Origin: Candidatus Spongiisociaceae bacterium
GTDB taxonomy: Bacteria; Actinomycetota; Acidimicrobiia; Spongiisociales; Spongiisociaceae
Assembly: GCA_965262915.1 (NCBI GenBank)
Contig: OZ253564.1
Span: 4,384,001-4,448,000 of the forward strand
Direction of reading: 5' to 3'
Length of the DNA: 64,000 nucleotides
Shown here piece by piece: positions 10,150 through 20,861 of this stretch. The stretch's first letter is position 1; every line of letters begins with the position of its first letter. The translations under genes and the position numbers were made by a program. A model generated the notes under the pieces. That model was given only the letters and a program-made list of their open reading frames with translations. It was not told where the DNA came from and did not search any database.

Positions 10150-10848
10150 GTGGCTCCGTGTGTTGGAGCCGTTCCGGAGTTGGGTGAGTTAGCGACACGG
10201 GCGCATAGGCGTTATAGCACGGTGCAGGAGGCGGCCACGGCTGCGATACGCGACGCGATCCTGTCGGGGGTGTTCGGTCCTGGGGACCGGCTGCGTCAAG
10301 AGCACTTGGCTCGGGAGTTGATGGTGTCCCGTGTTCCGGTGGCGACTGCTCTGCGGGCTCTTGAGACGGAAGGCCTGGTGGTGTCTGTTCCTCATCGGGG
10401 GGCGACGGTGCGTATCGTCGAACCCGCGGAGGTGGACGAGATATACCGGTTGCGGGTCGTGTTGGAGTCGTTCGCTCTGCGGTCAGCGGTCGGACGGATC
10501 ACTGCTGATGAGGTTGAGGAACTCGCGGCGCTGGCGCAGTTGATCGACGGGGTGGGAGACGGTGAGGGGGCTCGTGTCCTCAACGACCAGTTGTACGACC
10601 GTCTCTATACGATAGGTAACTGCCCGCTGACCGCTGACATCGTTACGCGGTTGCGCGCCAACGTGGGGCGATACTGGCGGGGGCTGAGGGTGGTCCCGCA
10701 TGACCATTCCCCGCACCGTGTTCTTGTCGACGCGATCCGGTCGGGGGACTCTGCTCGGGGCGAGGAGTGGATCGCTTCCCACCTGGCGAAGGTCTCGTCC
10801 GAGTTGCAGCAACGTATCGTGGCCTACCGTTCGGGTACCGGGGCGTAA
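10150..10848 (+). CDS. GntR/FCD transcriptional regulator
   Basis: IRDAILSGVFGPGDRLRQEHLARELMVSRVPV wHTH plus FCD domain. Confidence 0.9.
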   Translation: MAPCVGAVPELGELATRAHRRYSTVQEAATAAIRDAILSGVFGPGDRLRQEHLARELMVSRVPVATALRALETEGLVVSVPHRGATVRIVEPAEVDEIYRLRVVLESFALRSAVGRITADEVEELAALAQLIDGVGDGEGARVLNDQLYDRLYTIGNCPLTADIVTRLRANVGRYWRGLRVVPHDHSPHRVLVDAIRSGDSARGEEWIASHLAKVSSELQQRIVAYRSGTGA

Positions 10849-10907
10849 ACACCCGCCCCGTTGGGGCTGTGCCCCCTTCTGCTGGGGTGTGGGTGGTGTA
10901 TACCGTC

Positions 10908-10972
10908 CTATCTAGCGAACCCCCGTTTTGTACACGATGTGCAAAGTGTCTGTTCTGTATTTTGGATGCAAT
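10908..10972 (+). promoter_or_regulatory. Conserved upstream element (copy 1), candidate GntR operator/promoter
   Basis: Near-identical to 14009-14071; core TGTATWTTGGATGCAAT. Confidence 0.55.
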
Positions 10973-11099
10973 GGGTCTCCGTAAAGGTTTCCCGCCCTGT
11001 TGCCTTCAGGGCCTGTCCTCCGGGTCTTATCCTGAACGTTAATGGCAGTGATAGCCCACTTTGGGTTTAGGAGGTAGGTACACATCGTAGGAAGGGGAC

Positions 11100-11274
11100 C
11101 AGGACGGAACTTCGACGATCTACCGAATACGCGCCCTCCTCTGCGTCTGGATACCCAACTGGGAATCTACTCGCATCGGTCAGTCCCCCCTAAATTACGC
11201 GCCCTCCTCTGCGTCTGGATACCCAACTGGGAATCTACTCGCATCGGTCAGTCCCCCCTAAATACCGATGAGCC
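11100..11274 (+). mobile_element. ISL3 3' relic with 68-bp tandem duplication
   Basis: Resembles the ISL3 C-terminus, ends CCGATGAGCC; repeat units start at 11128 and 11196. Confidence 0.7.
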
Positions 11275-11316
11275 TATTATACCGAAACGTGTTGGCTGCT
11301 CGGAAGGGAACAAGTT

Positions 11317-11949
11317 ATGAAACGAAGTTTGAGACTGCTGACGCTGGTAGTTCCGATAGTGCTATCGGTGTTGCCCGCAGCAGCCGCCGAGACGTCGGAG
11401 GCTGACTCTGACGTGTTCGCCGTGGAGCATGACATCACGGCGATCATCGAGGCTTGGAACTCGGACGGGCTGATCCTCGTGTGGGTTTCCCACGCTGATG
11501 TTGAGGTTACGGCACCGGACGGTACGACGGCGACCGCCCTGTGGACAGGCGAACTGTCGGACGGGGACAGGCTAGCGGCTGAGAGTCTGATGGACGGTTA
11601 CTTCACCTGCACCCGAAGGGTCTGGCGTCCCCGCAAGGACGCCGACTCGTGGATACACTCGAAAATCCGTCAAGTGTGTTACGGCAACCTTGCCGAGTCC
11701 CATTGGGCCGGCGTGCGGTTGCAGCGGGACGACCCCGGCGGCTGGTGGACCAGGGCCGAAGCTGAGAGTGGTTGGACTCCGGCAGACGCAGGCTGGTGGA
11801 TACACCAGCCGGTAGAGCAGCAATGCGCCTTCAATACACCTAAGCTGGACTGGCGGGCGCAGGGATACGGTGAGGTAAGGATGTCCACCGGGGATTTCTT
11901 CGAGCTTCACGATCTGAACTCTCCGGTCAGACAGAACGTCTGTACCTAA
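11317..11949 (+). CDS. Secreted hypothetical protein (4 Cys)
   Basis: Signal peptide MKRSLRLL..AAA; RBS; downstream hairpin. Confidence 0.75.
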   Translation: MKRSLRLLTLVVPIVLSVLPAAAAETSEADSDVFAVEHDITAIIEAWNSDGLILVWVSHADVEVTAPDGTTATALWTGELSDGDRLAAESLMDGYFTCTRRVWRPRKDADSWIHSKIRQVCYGNLAESHWAGVRLQRDDPGGWWTRAEAESGWTPADAGWWIHQPVEQQCAFNTPKLDWRAQGYGEVRMSTGDFFELHDLNSPVRQNVCT

Positions 11950-11975
11950 GCTGCCCCGCACAGAGGCAACAGGCA

Positions 11976-12004
11976 GAAGGAACCCCCGGTGTGGGGGTTC
12001 CTTC
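11976..12004 (+). terminator. Hairpin terminator
   Basis: GAAGGAACCCCC-loop-GGGGGTTCCTTC. Confidence 0.65.
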
Positions 12005-12028
12005 CGTTTCTGGGGAAGGAGAAACAGA

Positions 12029-12457
12029 ATGAAACGTCAGATTTGGGTAACGGTGGCTGTAGCGTTGGTCACGTTTGTGGTAGGAATGGCGGTGGGGAGC
12101 CTGTTCGCCGTTCGTGGCTGGTCTCCTGCGGCGAGGGAGAGCGAAGCGTTGCTGTGGGCAGTCGATGAGGGATTCTTGGCATACCGGGACGGTGAAGCAA
12201 CGATGAACGAGCTAGCCACCGCCCTGTACCGTTACCATCGCCGTTTCGTCGAGCCGCTACATGAGGCCCAGGTTGATTTGATGGAGAGGGGTCGTCATAT
12301 CTGCGGGATGGAACCGCTGTTCGACCAGAGACCGTTCGATACGGAAACGGTGGGGTATGGGCAGGACGACCATTGGCATGAGATACTTGGTGTGGGGGCT
12401 GAGGTCGCCGGACGGGTGGGAGTTACCTGCGATCACAGAATTACCCAACCGGGTTGA
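12029..12457 (+). CDS. Exported protein with SLH-like segment
   Basis: N-terminal TM; ALLWAVDEG..ELATALYRY resembles the SLH motif in 38371-39192. Confidence 0.6.
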   Translation: MKRQIWVTVAVALVTFVVGMAVGSLFAVRGWSPAARESEALLWAVDEGFLAYRDGEATMNELATALYRYHRRFVEPLHEAQVDLMERGRHICGMEPLFDQRPFDTETVGYGQDDHWHEILGVGAEVAGRVGVTCDHRITQPG

Positions 12458-12752
12458 TCACATTTCCGCGCAGCCTCAACAATTCCAACGGAAAGCGATC
12501 GCAGCGCCGCCCACCACCAGAATGTCGAATCGCCGGAAGGATGAGCGCGTCGGCTCCCTGAACCGGGGTAGCTTGTACGGCGGCTGCCCGGTGTCCTGTC
12601 GATAGCGGTTGGCTGTCGGCTGTGTCACGCCCCCGAGGGTAGCCCTCGTCAGCCGCAAAAGGGGGTCCCCTGCGGATAATGGGCATTGGAGGAAGCGCCG
12701 GTTTTGGGATCTGTCAGGCGGCTACCCAGGGGGGTCGGGTAGGATAAGGGGT

Positions 12753-13787
12753 ATGACTCTCGTTGCCCGGAGTGCGGGTCCGCCGACTGTATCGGACGCT
12801 GCCGTCGCGGCGGAAGCACTTATATCGGCCGGGGCGGAGGAGGTTCTGCTGTTCGGCTCGGTGGCGCGTGGTGACGCCGACGAATCCAGCGACATCGACC
12901 TGGTCGCTTTGTTCGCTGATATCGACTACGGGGCTCGGCGAGAGGTTGCCTGGCGCCTCGAGGTAGCCGCGCGAGAAGTGGCCGGGAGGTGGCCGGTACA
13001 GGTGGTGGTAACCGATCTGCCTGAGTGGCGTAACCGGGTGGCGAACGTGTCTGCCTCGTTTGAGAGTGCGATTAGCTCTGACGCGGTGCTAGTTGCTGAG
13101 GCGGAGTCGAGCGCTCGCCGGCCGGTGCGGTGGAACAAGGAGATGGTGCTGCCCATGAGCAACCCTGACGAAGCACTCAAGCAGTTCTCCGACCGGGTCC
13201 TGTCCCAACTGGCTGGGTTAACAGAGGGGGCAACCGTGTCGTGGGTAGAGGAGGATCTGTCCGCGCCGAGCGGAATGCAGGAAACGGCGCGGCTTCGGCG
13301 GTTGGTACGGGTCTGTACCCACTCGGCTATGGCGGTCGAGGTGGCTCGGAAGTCGCTAGCGGTACTACACGCTACTCCGACACCCCCGGCGAAGGTGCTC
13401 CGCGCGGCAGCACACAGTATCTCAGCGTGCCTGCAACTGCTTCCGCCACCAGTACGCAGCGCGGTGGAGCCACTCGTCACCGGCAGGGGGTTGAGCACGG
13501 ACGATCTGTCACAGTGGCGGATACTCGGCACCTACCCCGAGGATACGGCCTCCGTCCAGGCGCTGGCCGATCAGAAGGTGGACGACTATGTGGTCACCGC
13601 TCTCGACGTATGCGGGTTCGTGGTAAACGACCTCCGAACGGTCTTGGGGGAGACACCGGAAGTGCAGTCAGCGGAATACGAGTGGTACCGGACAGCGGAG
13701 TACCTCGGTGGGATTGACATACGCGTTGGCCGGCCGAAGGTTGGACCCTCGGCGCCCGGCCTCGACCTCCCCGGACTCGACCTCTAG
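12753..13787 (+). CDS. MNT nucleotidyltransferase fused to HEPN-like domain
   Basis: LFGSVARGDADESSDIDL; helical C-terminal half with AVEVARKSL..H..RY-like pattern. Confidence 0.75.
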   Translation: MTLVARSAGPPTVSDAAVAAEALISAGAEEVLLFGSVARGDADESSDIDLVALFADIDYGARREVAWRLEVAAREVAGRWPVQVVVTDLPEWRNRVANVSASFESAISSDAVLVAEAESSARRPVRWNKEMVLPMSNPDEALKQFSDRVLSQLAGLTEGATVSWVEEDLSAPSGMQETARLRRLVRVCTHSAMAVEVARKSLAVLHATPTPPAKVLRAAAHSISACLQLLPPPVRSAVEPLVTGRGLSTDDLSQWRILGTYPEDTASVQALADQKVDDYVVTALDVCGFVVNDLRTVLGETPEVQSAEYEWYRTAEYLGGIDIRVGRPKVGPSAPGLDLPGLDL

Positions 13788-13802
13788 ACCGTCTACCTGC
13801 CT

Positions 13803-13957
13803 CTAATGGGCATTGGTGGACAGTCCCGACGGGGTGCTCGTGTGGGGCGTCGAGGCGCACATCCGCAGGAAGGTTGCCTTACCAGCACCCCAGGTACCGT
13901 CGACCAGCACCGCCGGCGGGGCCACTCTCCGTGCTGAGCGATACTGCTGCTGCCGCC
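13803..13957 (-). repeat. KAP P-loop NTPase relic (copy 1)
   Basis: Encodes VLVDGTWGAGKATFLRM; repeated at ~16847-17001. Confidence 0.55.
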
Positions 13958-14008
13958 GATACCATCCAGATGCTTACCCCGTACCGGAGAGCGTTGGCGC
14001 ATGGCGTT

Positions 14009-14071
14009 CTATCTAAACGGCCCGTTTTGGATGCAATGTGCAAAGTGACTGTTTTGTATATTGGATGCAAT
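14009..14071 (+). promoter_or_regulatory. Conserved upstream element (copy 2)
   Basis: Matches 10908-10972; contains TTGGATGCAAT twice. Confidence 0.55.
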
Positions 14072-14165
14072 AGCCCCTAGTCGAGGGTTTTTGGTGTATA
14101 TCCGTCGGTGTCCGTGCATTCGGGTCTAGCTTTCTACTTACTCAGAGGACTAGGAGGTATCTCTC

Positions 14166-14882
14166 ATGAAGAAACTACTCATGGCCCTGGCGGTGATTGC
14201 CTTGGTGGTTCCGGTGGCCGCTAGCGGTCTGCCGAACGATCCGGCTCCGACGCCTCCGACGGCTACCGAGGGCATGGTCATACAGGCCGATTACGTGGGA
14301 CCATTGTTCGATGGTGAGGTGCCTACGATCGAGGAAGGCGACTCATTCCAGACGGTTGTTGGTAACAGTGGCACTGGCAGTTATGAGGTTGTGTGGGAGG
14401 TCAACGGCGAAGACGGCCTACCGGCACTGCTTAGCACGCAGGAGCTAGACCAGATTCGGCTCCGGGTAGGCGGGCTGCTTGGCGGTACGGGAGGCGCCTA
14501 CGCCTATGACGACGACCCCGACTACTCGTGCGGTATCTTCATCCCTAGGCCAACCGTTACTGAAGACGAAGCGGAGGCGACTGTTGAGGGGACGTGCTGG
14601 CTTGCTGACGACGAGGACGTGCGCCTGGAGCATCGGGTTTGGGGAGGGCTACTCAGGCCAGTCATCTGGCCGCATTACGTCCCGGTCAGCTCCAACTACT
14701 CGTACCCTTGGAGTCAGGAAGATGACGACGCCGAGGTAACTGCCGACAGGTCGTGCTCCACTGACGACTCGACTAGGTGGAAGACACGGGGCCGGTCGGA
14801 AGTGAGGTTCATCCCCGGCTCGGGCACTAACGAGCACCCCTGGGTCAGGTCAGGTTATACCAGGGGACCGTGCGACGTATAA
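14166..14882 (+). CDS. Secreted acidic hypothetical protein (4 Cys)
   Basis: AGGAGG RBS; signal peptide. Confidence 0.75.
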   Translation: MKKLLMALAVIALVVPVAASGLPNDPAPTPPTATEGMVIQADYVGPLFDGEVPTIEEGDSFQTVVGNSGTGSYEVVWEVNGEDGLPALLSTQELDQIRLRVGGLLGGTGGAYAYDDDPDYSCGIFIPRPTVTEDEAEATVEGTCWLADDEDVRLEHRVWGGLLRPVIWPHYVPVSSNYSYPWSQEDDDAEVTADRSCSTDDSTRWKTRGRSEVRFIPGSGTNEHPWVRSGYTRGPCDV

Positions 14883-14906
14883 GGCCGCAACCTACCAATC
14901 CGAGAC

Positions 14907-14936
14907 GAGGCGAGGGGCCAACCGGCCCTTCGCCTC
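14907..14936 (+). terminator. Hairpin terminator
   Basis: GAGGCGAGGGGCC-loop-GGCCCTTCGCCTC. Confidence 0.6.
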
Positions 14937-15219
14937 TTGGCTACGAGCCGTCCTAGGCACCCCGGCTACCCCCCGTCCGCACGGAGAGACGACCCTAGCG
15001 ACCCTCTACGGGCCGCAACCCCGCTAGTTCACTCCGTCCTCACCCCCCTCCGCCCGTTAGCGACGATCCTGGTCGTCTCCCGGTACGACCCCGACTATCC
15101 CCGGCTGGGGGTTCTTGCGGGTGCTGACCCCCGTAACGTGAAGCACCCCAGGGCTAGGCGTTGGCGGGGGTGACAGTTCGTCATCGGAGAGGCTGTGTGG
15201 TTGTGGCTATGGTGCTGAT

Positions 15220-15983
15220 GTGATTTGGTCGGTGGGAGGTTTGGGTGAACTCGCGATCCGAGCGCATAGCCGTTCCGGCACGGTGGAGCAGGCGGTCACG
15301 GCTACGTTACGCGATGCGATCGTGTTGGGGGTGTTCCAACCTGGTGACAGGTTGCGTCAGGAGTATCTGGCTGGGGAGTTGATGGTTTCTCGGGTTCCGG
15401 TGGTGGCGGCTCTGCATACTCTTGAAGCGGAGGGCTTGGTGGTGTCTGCTCCGTATCGGGGCGCGACGGTGCGGATCGTCGAACCCGCAGAGATCGAGGA
15501 GATCTACCAGTTGCGGATCATGTTGGAGTCCTTCGCGGTGCGGGCCGTGATCAAGCGGATTACGGACGATGAGATCGACGAGCTCGCGGCACTGGCACAG
15601 CAGATCGACGACTCGGTGGACGGTGACCGGGCTCGGGTCCTCACCGAGCAGTTGTACCGGCGCATCTACGCCAGCAGATCGACGACTCGGTGGACGGTGA
15701 CCGGGCTCGGGTCCTCACCGAGCAGTTGTACCGGCGCATCTACGCCATAGCTGACCGCCCGTTGACCGCTGAGTTCGTTGCGAGGCTCCGCGCCAACGTG
15801 GGCCGATACTGGCTTGGTCTCAGGGTGGTGCCGCATCATCACTCAACGCACAGAGCGATCGTTGACGCGATTCGGGCGCGGGACGCTACACACGCCGAGG
15901 AATGGATCTCCGCCCACTTGACGAAGGTTTCGACCGAGCTGCAACAGCGCATCGTGAGCAGCCGTTCGGGGACCTTGGCGTAG
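15220..15983 (+). pseudogene. GntR/FCD paralog frameshifted by a 74-bp tandem duplication
   Basis: Paralog of 10150-10848; duplication 15598-15671/15672-15745. Confidence 0.85.
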
Positions 15984-16846
15984 GTGCTACCACGCGGGTG
16001 TGGCGCCGTCCGGGTGCTCGTTTCGTAGCGGTCGCCCGGCTGGTAGCTGCTGTACGGTCCCGCTCCCGCGTCCGCCTGGTACTAATCATCTAGCCCGCAG
16101 GACCTCGGTTAGGCGGTACGGGCTGCGATCACGACCGGCCGGGTATCCAACGGACCCCTCGAAGGGATCAACAACCTCCTCCAAGTCCTACGACGCGAGA
16201 TGGATCGAATAACCACCCGATCGGGTTGGTTGGATGATTGACCGGTGGCGAGAGTAACACTACGGCGGGCCGGAATCGTTTCTACCGTTCGGGGGGCTTC
16301 TATGATTGCTCGATGGGCCGTGTTGGATGGGCGGTATTCACCGTCGGACTGCTGATGATCCTGCTATCGGTATACGTAGGGGTAGATGTCAACGGTGTTG
16401 TGGGTGGGATTTTGGCGGGTGTGGGTGGGTTAGCTGTGATACTGGCGGGTTGGGTTGACCGGGGTCACCACTAGGTAGCCGGGGGGAGGGCGGTCGCCCC
16501 GTCAACAACCCATACCGCGCTGCAGGGATAGCTAGGGCCTGTCGTCCACAACCCGTGCAATACGTCGTCGGACGTTTGCTGCACCCCGAACGGCGGAGAC
16601 GGAGACGGAGGGCGTGTTCTCCTGGCTGGGCAACGAGGCCCGGCTGGTGGACGTGTCCGAGTTCCTCACCGATGACATGCCGACCTGGGACCGGACCAAG
16701 TGGGTAGCGACCGCGGGCCGAACTTGCACCCGGTCGGATGTCGGGTGAGCGGCTGTGGTGGGTTGCTGATCGGGAGTTCGGCGGACCGCTACCGACCCGG
16801 CGCGGCGGCCCGGGTCGGAACAGAAACCGCCGAGACGGACTGACCT

Positions 16847-17001
16847 CCAATGGGCATTGGTGGACGGTCCCGACGGGGTGCTCGTGTGGGGCGGCCAGGC
16901 GCACATCCGCAGGAACGTTGCCTCACCAGCACCCCAGGTACCGTCGACCAACACCGCCGGCGGGGCCACTCTCCGTGCTGAGCGATACCGCTGCTGCCGC
17001 C
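16847..17001 (-). repeat. KAP P-loop NTPase relic (copy 2)
   Basis: Direct repeat of 13803-13957; Walker A Lys mutated (GAGEAT). Confidence 0.55.
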
Positions 17002-17112
17002 GTTGCACTGCTGCCCGGCCCATGTCCGTCCAGGTTCGAGCCAGGCTAGCCCCGGCTCCGAGGGACACTGCCACTCAACGGCATTGGCGGATGCGCGACT
17101 AGGGTACGTAAC

Positions 17113-17713
17113 ATGGTGGTGGCCTCCGAATCCAGCGGCCCGGCTGCCGTTGATCTTTTCTGCGGTGCAGGGGGCCTTTCCTACGGGATGCAGAGGGCGG
17201 GCGTGAACATCGTAGCTGGGATTGATGTCGACCCGGCCTGCCGTTATCCATTCGAAACAAGCGTCTCGTCCCCCTTCCATGAGCGGGACATCAGTAGTTT
17301 ATCGGCGGATTTCGTAGCGTCGCTGTTCCCGAAGACCGGCTCCCGAGTCCTCGCCGGTTGCGCTCCGTGTCAACCATTCTCGACCTATACCAACGGCCGG
17401 GACACCGGAAACGGGCGATGGCTCCTGCTCGACAAGTTCGGCGAGCTCGCCGCTGAGCTAAAGCCGGAGGTTGTCACGATGGAGAATGTCCCGCGTTTGA
17501 CCGTTCGTCCGGTGTTCGAGAGGTTCCTGTCCGTTCTCCGGGAGGCGGGCTACCACTGTACGCACCGCATCGTCCGGTGCGCGGCGTATGGAGTCCCTCA
17601 GACAAGGTCGCGTCTGGTGCTGCTGGCGTCGCGGCTGGGGAGCATTGAACTGGTAGCACCCACTCATCCGGATGGCAGAGTGGTGACGGTTAGGGACACT
17701 ATTGGGCATTTAG
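17113..17713 (+). pseudogene. dcm: C5 cytosine methyltransferase, N-terminal half
   Basis: DLFCGAGG, GCAPCQPFS, ENV, PQTRSR; cut by IS1380. Confidence 0.9.
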
Positions 17714-19529
17714 CCTGAATCCACCGGTAGATATTCTGTGGTTGGGGGTGGATAGACGCGGAAAGTGCCTCTGATCTGGGACAATAGCCATACGAAACAT
17801 GGTGATTGGCTCGGAGTCTGGAGGCACTTCCTGTGAGTGGAGTATTGCAGAATATCGACCGGTATGAGGCGGTTTTCGATGATGAGGGGCTGGTGGCCGA
17901 CGCTGGGTTGTTGGCGGCCGGGACGTTGATGGGTCGTTTGGGTTTGGAAGGTTTGGTGGATCGGACGGTGCGGTTGGGCGGCCGGGTGGGTGGCGCGCAT
18001 CCGGGTCGTAAGGTATGCACGTTGGTAGCTGCGATGCTGGTGGGCGCCTCCCATATTGACCATGTGGATCGGCTCCGGGCCGGTTCCACCGACCGGGTGC
18101 TGCCCCATGCGGTGATGGCCCCGTCCACTGTGGGAACCTTCCTGCGTTCGTTCACCTGGGGTCATGTACGCCAGTTGGAGAAGGTGGTGACCGTAGCGCT
18201 GGGCCGTGCGTGGGGGGCGGGCGCCGGTCCCGGCAAGGGAGCGGTGACCCTCGATGTGGACTCGACGATCTGTGAGGTGTCTGCCAAGACCGAACAAGGG
18301 GCCGCCTATGGCTACACCAAAGAGTTGGGTTATCACCCGCTGTTGGCGTTCCGAGCCGATACGGGGGAAGTGGTCGGCGCCCGTCTGCGGGAAGGAGCAT
18401 CGCAGAGGGGTGTGGTCCATTTCGTTGGGGAGACAGTGCGGCGTGTGCGACGGGCCGGGGCCAGGGGCCCGGTGAGCGTGCGGGCCGATTCGGGGTTCTG
18501 GTCCTATGGCCTCTTGGCCGCCCTCGACCGCCTCGGGGTGGGCTGGTCGATCACCTGCCCGCTGAATGCCAAGATTAGGACACTGATCAGCAATATCGAC
18601 GAAGACGCGTGGACCCCCATTGCCTATCCCGAAGGCGGGCTGGCACAAGTGGGGGAAACAGTCCTGGAGATGACCAACCCCAAGAAACGGTCGCAGAAAC
18701 GCCGGGTTCGCCTCGTGGTGCGCCGCACCCGCCTGCTCGGTTCCCAAGCCGAGCTGTGGCCCGACTGGCGATACCACGCGTTCGTCACCAACCTGGACCT
18801 GCCCGCGGCAGAAGCCGACCGGCGCCACCAACCCCGGGCCGGACAAGACGACACCGGCCACCAACCCCGCCGCGGAGAACAAGACACCGAACCGGCCGAA
18901 CTGCCGGTGGTAGAGATCGGTGACAACCCTGGGGAAGCGCACAGCCCGCTGCCCGCGGTCGAAATCGACCGGTACCACCGCCGCCACGCCACATGCGAAC
19001 TCGCCATCCGCGACCTCAAAGACTCCGGGGGTCTCGCCCACCTACCCTCCGGCGTCTTCGCAGCTAACGCCGCCTGGCTGATCTGCGCCGCCCTAGCCCA
19101 TAACCTCTACCGGCAGATAGCCCTCCTCGGGGGTACGCAGCCGCCCGGGCGGCTGGTCTGTGGACGTACCATCCGTACCCGACTGTTCGGACTCCCTGGA
19201 CGCCTCGTCAACCACGGCGGACGCCGCCTCCTGCGTCTACCCGCCCGATGGCCCTGGGCCGGCGCCTACCTAACCACCCTCACTAACCTCCGGGCGCTGC
19301 CCCAACTCAGCTGACCCGGCCCGACGGACCCGCCGCAACCATAACCAACCACCCAAACCCCGACCACACACGCCCGAAACCATCCCAACCAGCCTCCAAC
19401 ACTACCTAACCCACCAAACCACACCCACCACACCCCCGAAACCCCCCGAATCCAACCAGCCCCAACCCCTCAACCCCCCACCAACCGCACCCCGGACCAC
19501 CCCCCGGGGAGGCCGTCGGTGGATTCAGG
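17714..19529 (+). mobile_element. IS1380-family element A
   Basis: IRs CCTGAATCCACCG. Confidence 0.9.
17806..19314 (+). CDS. IS1380 transposase
   Basis: LDVDST, GYHPL, VRADSGF, E..IRDLK, F.ANAAW. Confidence 0.92.
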   Translation: MARSLEALPVSGVLQNIDRYEAVFDDEGLVADAGLLAAGTLMGRLGLEGLVDRTVRLGGRVGGAHPGRKVCTLVAAMLVGASHIDHVDRLRAGSTDRVLPHAVMAPSTVGTFLRSFTWGHVRQLEKVVTVALGRAWGAGAGPGKGAVTLDVDSTICEVSAKTEQGAAYGYTKELGYHPLLAFRADTGEVVGARLREGASQRGVVHFVGETVRRVRRAGARGPVSVRADSGFWSYGLLAALDRLGVGWSITCPLNAKIRTLISNIDEDAWTPIAYPEGGLAQVGETVLEMTNPKKRSQKRRVRLVVRRTRLLGSQAELWPDWRYHAFVTNLDLPAAEADRRHQPRAGQDDTGHQPRRGEQDTEPAELPVVEIGDNPGEAHSPLPAVEIDRYHRRHATCELAIRDLKDSGGLAHLPSGVFAANAAWLICAALAHNLYRQIALLGGTQPPGRLVCGRTIRTRLFGLPGRLVNHGGRRLLRLPARWPWAGAYLTTLTNLRALPQLS

Positions 19530-19799
19530 CTAAACAACCGACCACGCCAGATCCTCGGCTGGCAAACACCCCACCAAGCATTAACAGCCGTAACCAAACA
19601 AACATCTTGAACACTCCGATGCCCACGGCGTTGGTCATTGAGACGACCCACGACCACAAGGAGCCTCCACGGAGATATCGCGACGAAACACTCCTCTAAA
19701 CCTCACACGGCCGAAACAACGGGGACTGACACGCCGCTTCACTACCTCAACTCTAAGCTACAAGACAGCCATCCGTTGCGTTCACCGATTGAGACCACC
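19530..19799 (+). mobile_element. IS30-family 3' relics
   Basis: LNNRPRQILGWQTP; end GTTGCGTTCACCGATTGAGACCACC. Confidence 0.65.
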
Positions 19800-20861
19800 G
19801 ACAAAACACAACGGTTTGGGTGCGTATCTGTGTATGAACTCGGCCATGGGTGTGGTCTCAGCGACCGAAGCTCCCTGTGTCGGGTTTTGGTCCCGCGACC
19901 GGTGTGCCTGGTGATAATGCGACTCGATCCACCGCCGCCAGTCGTTGATCTGTGCCACCCCTGTCCGGGTGTGCTGGTCAAAGTGATCCTTTGTTTTCAG
20001 CACCACGCAAGAGTCGGGTGTTTCGAGTTCTACCAGTACCCAACGTATCCCGTTCGAGTCGATATCCGCGAGCAGGAAGTCAGCGACATACTTATCGCCG
20101 AAGTGGACCTTCGGGCGGCAGTACCGTGACGGTCCTCGCAGCAGTGAGGCAAATAGTTGGGGACGTTCCTCCAATAGTTCCTGGATCGGTTTCTCACAAG
20201 TCGCTTCGTCAATGACTCGTCTTAGCTCTTCAATGTCCGCGTCGGTCACGTCGTCGGTTACCGCGTAGGGCTCCAACGCGGCCAGCTTCTCCTTGGAGAT
20301 CGTCTTTGTGCGTGCGCGTTTCGCGGCCCGGTTCTTGGCGATCTGACGCGCTTGGGTGCTGTCCTCTGAGTTGTCGCCGTGCCCGGCGATCATTGTCAGT
20401 TGGTCGGGCCAAGCGCCGGCACCTCGGCCGCCGGTGAAATACACCCGTCCGTCATCTCCGATCGACGAGACCTCATCGAACCGCCTGGCAGACGGGTTTC
20501 GTGACACCACGTCACCCTTCGCCAACCGGAGCTGCTCCAACGACTGCAGGCGTTGTCTCAAGTACAAACACCGGATCCATGCTTCGGCTTCCTCATAGCT
20601 GTCAACCGCGGCTGGTATCGCGACAGACATCGTCGCGGCCAGCTCCGCCATGAACTCCTGCTGCGCATCGGTGCTCTTGCGCGGAGCGACCCCGAAATGG
20701 CTGTCCACAGCCGAACGCACCCGGGCTGCAGCCACCAGTTGTGGCAGGCTCTCGGGCAACTCCACACCTACAGACGACGCGAACGCCCGAGAGTCTTCGT
20801 CACAGCGGGCAATCGTGCGGCGAATAGCCGCTACAGCACCTTCCCAGCTTGTACGCGCCAA
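19782..20861 (-). pseudogene. DUF4263/Shedu-like nuclease, C-terminally truncated
   Basis: EKPIQELLE..ADFL..LVELETP..QINDW; 3' end replaced by mobile-element sequence. Confidence 0.7.

Noticed and set aside
17710-19041. Long antisense ORFs (also 24274-25374, 50562-51584, 22158-23012)
   Set aside because: Shadow frames of real genes in GC-rich DNA; no motifs.
19320-19510. C/A-rich low-complexity tract as an independent repeat or ORF
   Set aside because: It is part of the IS1380 right end and recurs in copy B.
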